From Octopus vulgaris (taxonomy: Eukaryota): DNA of 64,000 nt. Positions 55,973-64,000 of the stretch are shown here, in pieces; within the stretch, counting starts at the first letter, position 1, and every line of letters begins with the position of its first letter. Both the position numbers and the translations under genes were made by a program. Under the pieces are notes generated by a model, which did not search any database, was not told the DNA's origin, and saw only the letters and a program-made list of their open reading frames with translations. The stretch is taken from the NCBI GenBank assembly GCA_951406725.2, contig OX597824.1, positions 77,314,001 to 77,378,000 of the forward strand, read 5' to 3'.

Positions 55973-56013
<41 letters not shown>

Positions 56014-56015
56014 TG
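55575..56015. repeat. (TA)n/(GA)n/(GT)n compound microsatellite
   Basis: Directly visible. Confidence 0.95.
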
Positions 56016-56633
56016 CCCCTCCATGTGCATGTACGTGTATCGGTGCAGCCGAGATTAATCCTTGGAAGTTTTAGCAACTACTAAATATTACTGCACGAAA
56101 TATTACTACAGGAACAGATGTTATGAGAGCAAACGATACAAGAAGTATTGGAAGAGAGGAAGAGGGAGATGAAGAAGCAGACAGGTGGAGGAGACAGGTA
56201 GAAAATCGATAAATAGATGCATCCATTATTTTGGTTCATGTGCTCAGAGCTGAACTTAAACGTTAGTTATTTCTTTGGTTTTTATTACTTTCGCTGTGTG
56301 TATGTGTGTGTATGTGTGTGTATGTGTGTCCTTTTTTTTTTTTTGAGCATGTGTGTGATTGGTTAAATGAAGATGTCATTTTAACCTAGTACATTGGTTA
56401 AATCATTTGTTTATGTATTTTTATTCAAATATCATATTTTATAAGGGGGTGAACAATATCTTTGTTGGTTAGAGCTTCATGTTCCTCTCTTTGATGGTGA
56501 AAGTGTGACATGGGTGTGTCAAACTTGATGTAAAAAACAAAGAAAAGAAACCTCTCACACAGGAGTTCATTTCTAAAAGATTTTTTTCTCTGTTTACACA
56601 CATACACACGCACACATATATGTATGTTTATGT

Positions 56634-56634
<1 letters not shown>

Positions 56635-56665
<31 letters not shown>

Positions 56666-57102
56666 TAGCGTCCGTTTTCCATGCTAGCATGGGTTGAACG
56701 GTTCAACTGGGGTCTGTGAAGCCAGAAGGCTGCATCAGGCCCAATCTGATCTGGCAGTGTTTCTACGGCTGGATGCCCTTCCTAACGCCAACCACTCTGC
56801 GAGTGTAGTGGATGCTTTTTACATGCCACCTGCACAGGTGCCAGGTATAGTCTTTTATTCTTTTGCTTGTTTCAGCCATGTGACTGTGGCCATGCTGGAG
56901 CACCATCTTAAAGTGTTTCAGTTGAACAAATCGATCCCTCGTAGCAATTAAGCACCCATTACACTCTCGGAGTGGTTGGCATTAGGAAGGGCATCCATTC
57001 ATAGAAACCATGCAAAACTAGACTGGAGTCTGGTGCAGCCCCTCAGCTTACCACCCCTGATCAAACCATCCAACCCATGCCAGCATGGACAGTGGACATT
57101 AA

Positions 57103-57136
<34 letters not shown>
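56635..57136. mobile_element. Inverted pair of family D copies (56635-56845 -, 56951-57136 +) around a SINE B tail fragment
   Basis: (CAT)n on the left, (GAT)n on the right, and reverse-complementary bodies. Confidence 0.85.
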
Positions 57137-57137
<1 letters not shown>

Positions 57138-57194
57138 ATATTGTCCAGCATGGTAATGGCTATGCTAGGTTACCATCTTCAATAAAAATAATTA

Positions 57195-57789
57195 TAATAT
57201 TGGTTTCTAATTTTGGCACAAGGCCAGGAATGTCTGGGATGAAGGGTAAATTGATTACAATGACCTCAGTGCTCAATTGGTACTCCATTAGTGATTATTT
57301 TATCAACTCATGAAAGATGAAAGGCAAAGCTGACCATGGCAAAATTTGAACTCAGAGTGTAAAGATGGATGAAATGCTGTGAAGCATTTTGTCCAGTGTG
57401 CTAATGGTAATGCCAGCTGACCATCTTCAATAATAATAATAATAATAATAATGATAAAGATAATGATAATAATGATAATGATATAATGGTGATTTCAAGT
57501 TTTTGCACGAGGCCAGTAATTTTGGTGTAGAGGATAAGTCGGTTACATCAACTCCAATACACAACTGGTACTTATTTATCAACCCCAAAAGTAAAAAAAA
57601 AGCAAAGCTGATCTTGGCAGAATAATAATGATGATGATGAGGAGGATGATGATATAACGATGATTTCAAGTTCTGGCACAAGGCCAGTAATATTGGTGTA
57701 GAGGATAAGTCAGTTACATCAACCCCAATACGCAACTGGTACTTATTTTATCAACCCCAAAAGGATAAAAGGCAAAGTTGACCTTGACC

Positions 57790-57858
<69 letters not shown>

Positions 57859-57860
57859 TG
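57195..57860 (-). mobile_element. SINE C copy (57195-57425) plus two tandemly duplicated SINE C fragments and (AAT)n
   Basis: 57481-57622 and 57652-57786 are near-identical. Confidence 0.8.
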
Positions 57861-58179
57861 ATAATGATACCATTATTTCTGTTAGATCAATACATAGAAT
57901 ATGCAGTATTCCTACAACAGAGCATTGCTTGGATTTGGGAGTATTTAATGAACATTTAATGACTTTTTTTCTTTGAAGGAGCTTGGAGCTTTTTTATTAT
58001 TTATTTCATTTTTTCTTATTTTATTTTTTGTTTGTTTTAGCTATTTTTATGTTGTTTTCAAATCACAAATTGTAGCAGCAAACAAATCCGCATCATTTTC
58101 CTACTTTCCACTTTCGTTTCTTGTTGATGTTGTTGATGTTACGATTGTTATTATTTTCTGTTTTTGTATTCACTCCACT

Positions 58180-58226
58180 TGAATTCTCCTTCACTCTATC
58201 TTTTTTGCTTCTCTCGTGCTCTTTCT

Positions 58227-58258
<32 letters not shown>

Positions 58259-58745
58259 ATTCTTTCCTCTCACTCCCTTTTCTGTGTCAATCCATCTCCT
58301 TATTTTCATTCAGCTTCCTCTCACTTATTCAGGCTATCTGTCTCTTCTGCTCTTTCTTCTCCTTCTTTTCTTGCTCCTCCTCCTCCTCCTCATCATCATC
58401 ATCATCATCATCATCATTCATCTCCTCCCCCTCCTCCTCCTCCTCCTGCTTCCTTTTCTTCTTCTGTTACATCATCTTCTCTTCTTCCTCCTCTTTGTAC
58501 ATCTTCCTCTCCTCTCCTCTCCTCTGCTTTCCCATTCTTCTCCTCTTCCTTCTCCTTCCCCTCCTGTCTTACATTTTCCTTCCCCTTTCTTCTTCTTCTC
58601 CTCTTCCTCTTCCTCCATCTTCATCTTCCCTTCCCCTTTCTCCTTCCCTCTTCTTTCTCCCTCATTAATCTTCCCGCAGCAATCTTCAATCTTCCTTTCT
58701 CATTTCCTTCCTTCCTTCCTTTCTTCCCATTCCATCTCCTCATTT
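58180..58745. repeat. Polypyrimidine low-complexity tract with (CCT)n/(CAT)n
   Basis: Directly visible strand-asymmetric C/T composition. Confidence 0.9.
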
Positions 58746-59262
58746 GATCTCTCAAGAGCTAAAGGATTTCAAACATATTTTCTATCTGTATTAAGAATGC
58801 AGTTCCACATGTCATCAGAGAACAAAATGTGTGACAGCCATTCTATGTAGAACATAATCAAAATCACAACTCAAGATTCTTTTGAACAGCTGATCAAAAA
58901 TATTGAGAAACTCTGAGCACAACAGTTGCTTCACAACACTTTTTTTAAATTATCAGGAGTACTGAAATGTAGTACCACCACACCCCACTCAGCTTTACAG
59001 AACACAAAAAGGGTTTTGTAGCATATTAGGAGGCCAGAGTAGTTGATTCCACGCAAAAAAAAACGATTTGTTTTCTTAATGAAAATCATGTGAGTGTTGA
59101 TCTATGACTGAAAATAGATTTTTACTGCTATCCACAGGTGCCTCAGGGAAAAAAGATGTTGACGAATATCCTCCTAAAATTGGAGCGACATGCGTGCTAA
59201 TTTGTGGACGTGCATAAATTACAATCACGTACACACACACACATGATGCCTTTTATAGATAC

Positions 59263-59326
<64 letters not shown>

Positions 59327-59396
59327 ATCTTTATATGTGTGTGTGTGTGTGTGTGTGTGCAAGTGTCTTGTTAGTTAAGTAGTGCTCAATTTAATT

Positions 59397-59588
59397 GTTA
59401 GCATGCTCAACAAAATGCTTAGTGACATTTTGTCTGTCTCTGTTCTGGGTTCAAATCCTGCCAGTTTTGACTTTGCCTTTCATCCTTTCAGGGTTGAAGA
59501 AATAGGTACCGGTTGGGTGCTGGGGTTAATGTAATTGACTTACTTCCACCCCTGAAATTGTTGACCTTGTGCTAAAATTTGAAACCAA
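59397..59588 (+). mobile_element. SINE family C, old
   Basis: GACTTTGCCTTTCATCCTTTC.GGGT core. Confidence 0.78.
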
Positions 59589-60334
59589 TTAAATTCTGCT
59601 CTGGTTTCTTAGAAATGAATTTTACATACCAGTTATATAAGTACTGATTCCTTTCATAATAACATGCTTTCAAATAGAAATTTTGGCCAAGTGCCAAGAT
59701 AAAAATGTTCTATATAGTTTTGTTTATCAGGAAAGTTTAATGACCCTATGTGATTTTCATTCACTGTTTACACAATTCCAAATGAAGCCTACATTGTTTC
59801 ATTGTAAACATTATGCTCTGAAATCGATACATACCCAACTGATTTTTCTCATTCTATGCCTAATGCTAATATCAATTAATTGAAATTTTGGTGTGTATTA
59901 ACCCATGTGATGTGTAAATATCATATTTTGAATCTATTAAATACACAACTGAAATATACTTTAAATATCATACATATCACATATGTATCACTCAATCTTT
60001 CATCACTATTTTCACATGCATGATAAAATTTATGCTTCACTGATGAGGTCATAATAAGGTTGACACATGTTTGAAATTGCCTTTCATACTTGTCAAAAAT
60101 AATTTTAAAAAATATTAGTCATTGGCTAATATTGTTTATTTTTGATACTTCATAACTCTTTTATTAATTTCTGTTACTGGAGATTTTAGGCATTGGACAG
60201 TGGCCATATCTTTAATGAAGTCAATGAATTCAACACTTAACATTCATTTCTGATTGGCAGATTTTTGCAAATATCTAATTATCAGATGGTTTAAATTATC
60301 TTTTGACATACAGTGATGCAACTTGACACACTGA

Positions 60335-60512
60335 CTGGGCAACGCGTTGTGTTCTTGAGCAATACACTTCATTTCACGTTGCTCCAGTCCACTCAGCGGG
60401 CAAAAATGAGTAACACTGCAATGGACTGGTGACCCATCCAGCTGGGGAACACATATGCCATTGAAACTGGGAAACAGGGCCCATGAGACTGGCTAGGCTT
60501 TAAAAAAAGGGC
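60335..60512 (+). mobile_element. SINE core Y plus tail type 2, head missing
   Basis: Reverse complement of 27975-28150. Confidence 0.85.
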
Positions 60513-61098
60513 ACACATACATATATATATGTATGTATGTATGAATGTGTGTATGTATGTATATACACGCTCACATACACATACTGATATACGTACTCGC
60601 ATATACTTAATTTTTTATTTTTTTACGCTAAATGCATCAGGCCACACCAAAGTATATGATCTTCATGCCGAAGTCATGAAGAATATATAGTTAAGTGTGG
60701 TCCAACATGAAAAAATTTTCTCAGGAACCATTTGTTCTTGTGGTTATTTTTATATTTATATTTATGGCTAATCAGTTAATGTCTGCGACTTTCCATCACC
60801 CTGTAACTTGGTAATACAAATTTGAAATCGAAATTGATTAATTTACTGAAGTGCTGAAGTGGGTAGTGCAATTGATGGATTAGGGAGACTGATCTTTGGT
60901 TAGTACAGTGATAACTTTGAATATGCTTCAGTCTTAATGACCTCCTCAGGATAACTTAGTTTAACACATATCTACAAACAAGTGATAGAGAATGCAACCA
61001 TTTGCTGATTAAACAATTAAAAGAAATGGCATGGTTAATATTTCTTAGGGATGACATCTACAGGAAGAACATATAGATAAGTACAGACTAACGCATAT

Positions 61099-61487
61099 GG
61101 GTGGAAGCACTCCGTCGGTTACGACGACGAGGGTTCCGGTTGATCCGATCAACGGAACAGCCTGCTCGTGAAATTAACGTGTAAGTGGCTGAGCACTCCA
61201 CAGACACGTGTACCTTTAACGTAGTTCTCGGGGATATTCAGCGTGACACAGAGATTGACAAGGCCGGCCCTTTGAAATACAGGTACAACAGAAACAGGAA
61301 GTAAGAGTGAGAGAAAGTTGTGGTGAAAGAGTACAGCAAGGATCACCACCATCCCTGCCGGAACCTCATGGAGCTTTAGGTGTTTTCGCTCAATAAACAC
61401 TCACAACGCCCGGTCAGGGAATCGAAACCGCGATCCTAAGACCGCGAGTCTGCTACCCTAACCACTGGGCCATTGCGCCTCCACTTG
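61099..61487 (-). mobile_element. SINE family A (tail type 1), young
   Basis: Near-identical to 1275; 11-bp TSD CTAACGCATAT. Confidence 0.93.
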
Positions 61488-61629
61488 CTAACGCATATAA
61501 CATAGTGAGAAATAGAAAAATATTACAAGGAAGAAAATAGAAAATGATAGCAGGATGCAGACACTATATTAACTTTTCTGGCTCTTAGTTAAGTATAGAG
61601 TGTTTTAGTTAGCCTTTCAAACATCTATT

Positions 61630-61862
61630 GTATTCTTTTTTTTTACTTTTTTCAGTCATTTGACTGTGGCCATGCTGGAGCACTGCCTTGAAGGGTTTGT
61701 TTAGTCAAACAAATCAAAGTATTTTTAAGCCTATTACTTATTCTATTGGTCTATTTTACTGAACTGCTAAGTTAAGGGGACAAAAAACACCAGCATCAGT
61801 TGTCCAGTGATGGCAGGGGGACAAACAGGGACACATACATGAATACATATGTCTATACATAC

Positions 61863-61893
<31 letters not shown>

Positions 61894-62350
61894 TGTATGT
61901 ATGTATGTATGTATGTATGTATGTATGTATGTATGTATGTATGTATGTATGTATGTATGTATGTATATATATATAGGGTGAGTTTACAAAAAAAAAACAA
62001 AAGACGAAGACAGGTGGTGTACAAAACAAACAGATGTATTAGTATAACGCTCATATATAATAACAAAATAATAAATAAAACATATGCATATATACATACA
62101 TACAAGTACGTACCTACATCTGTATGTATATATACATGCATATATGGGTAATATATATATATATATACAATAGGCTTCTTTCAGTTACCATTTACCAAAC
62201 TGGCTCACAAGGCTTTGGTCAGTATGAGGCTATACTAGAAGACACTTGCTCAGTGTCATGCAGTGGGACAGATCCCAGAACCATGTGGTTAAGAAGCAAG
62301 CTTATTAACACATGGTCATGTCAGCACCTACAAACAGCCATGTGTGCACC
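61630..62350 (-). mobile_element. SINE family B whose internal microsatellite hosts a 16362-family fragment (61975-62053)
   Basis: Tail part 61630-61835 and head part 62170-62350; the insert is the reverse complement of 16500-16573. Confidence 0.8.
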
Positions 62351-63479
62351 TATTTTTATAATGACATTACAGGGTAGGTGTGAGATGCTAGATCTGGCAA
62401 GGTTTGAGCATAAAGCAGGTAGAATATTTCTGTTGGATATGATCGGTTCACATACTAATGGGTTAAGGGATTTTGCAGGGAAAGTATTGTAACCCCTACA
62501 TAAATATACAGTAATATCTTCTAGCTAGCATTTCAAATGTTCTTTATATGTTAGGTACGACATCTGCTTGAAGAACATATAGTTAAGTGAGCAATAACAT
62601 AGATTGAAGTGAGCAAAAGCAATAAATATATAAATAAATGGATAAATATACTACATTTAGTTTTCTAATGCCTGTTTAAGTATTGAGTAAAGTATTTCTA
62701 GATAACTTTCAACTGTTCTTTGTATGTAAACAAGAGTTTTTAAGCATTGTTTTATTGCCTAATTCCAGATGAATTTAGCCAGCAAATCTGTATATATAAA
62801 CATTGTACTCTGAAACTATTCTATACAAAATGGACCATAAATAAGGTCATGAGTTCAAACCTTCATTGTGGGAGGTATTGTTTCTTATTTGTTGAAGATG
62901 TTTATGATGTAATTAGCAGCAATAGACTGTCAATCCAGGGGTATATGAGGTCATTGTACTATAATTTATTGATAGTCAATTTGCCAAAAATCTCCTCAAA
63001 TAAAACTACCATCAGCAGCAACAGCACCACCACCACCACCACCACTACAACAACAACACCTGTGATCATCATCAACATGATCATTTACACCACACAACCA
63101 GAATGCCACAAATAATAACAAAACAGGGACCACCACTGCCACCACCACTCCATACAACATTCATTTACCATTAGAGTCCAAATGAAGATTTATGGACATG
63201 GACACAAATATCATATCTTTATCTCTTTAAGTTTATCACTGTCCTTCTATACATATACATACATACACACACACACATAAAATATATACAATTGTGTATA
63301 TGATATATATATAGATAAATATCTATATCAGCAGCAGCAACATCCTCATCATCATTTAACATCCATTTTCCATTCTGGCATGCATTGCATCGTTTGACAG
63401 CATGCAGCAAACTTTGGCTTGTTTTGGCTTGTATAATGATGTTTATTACTCACTGGACACACACACATACATACACACA

Positions 63480-63518
<39 letters not shown>

Positions 63519-63689
63519 CACACGCATATATATTAATAAAAACAGTAAGATAACAAATGTGTCGGTATGAACAGAAGCGCTTATGAGAATACTATGAACT
63601 TTTTATGCTCCTACCTTACTTAGCAGTCATTCGAATAGCTCTTTTGTCTTAATAGCGGTCAATAACACAGTAATTTCCCTTTGTATAAT

Positions 63690-63822
63690 GGTCATTTTTC
63701 ATAGCATTGATCTGATGGCTGGATAACTGAAGAGATGGTGGCGTGAATTTCCACCTTGGCATCCGAAACTCGGAGTTTAATCACGGCTACTGAATAATTG
63801 TCACATATTACATTTACAGATA
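63690..63822 (+). mobile_element. (TA)n-abutting element with an HHR-like motif at 63722-63782
   Basis: GAUAA-CUGAAGA-GAUG..CAUC-C-GAAA-CUC-G-GAG-UU-UAAUC; homologous to the reverse complement of 18005-18101. Confidence 0.7.

Positions 63823-64000
<178 letters not shown>

Noticed and set aside
58121-58850. Three overlapping long Ser/Pro/Leu/Phe-rich ORFs
   Set aside because: A polypyrimidine tract lacks stop codons by composition.
60040-60076. CTGATGAG-GTCA...TGAC...GAAA as a hammerhead
   Set aside because: GAAA is not adjacent to helix II and there is no helix I or III.

Overview
AT-rich eukaryotic non-coding DNA, most likely octopus (inferred from the tRNA-headed SINE families and the very dense (TA)n/(CA)n/(TACA)n/(CAT)n microsatellites). 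I cannot support any host protein-coding gene. Nearly all listed ORFs are translated microsatellites. The window holds about 40 SINE or LINE-3'-end copies, many with clear target-site duplications (TSDs). It also holds decayed 3' fragments of RTE, R4/Dong-like and CR1-like LINEs, two Tc1/mariner derivatives and a MITE. The most notable signal is at least 15 short non-coding elements, each embedded in (TA)n. Many have the layout (TA)n-[fold-back palindrome with arms of about 20-265 bp]-[unique tail]-(TA)n. Several carry minimal type-I hammerhead-ribozyme (HHR)-like motifs with non-canonical cores (CCGAUGA, CCGACAA, CUGUUGA/CUGUAGA, CUGAAGA). They are best interpreted as termini or non-autonomous derivatives of microsatellite-targeting Penelope-like elements (PLEs), and they cluster at 51.9-55.2 kb. 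Coordinates were read by eye, so the ends of decayed repeats are approximate.
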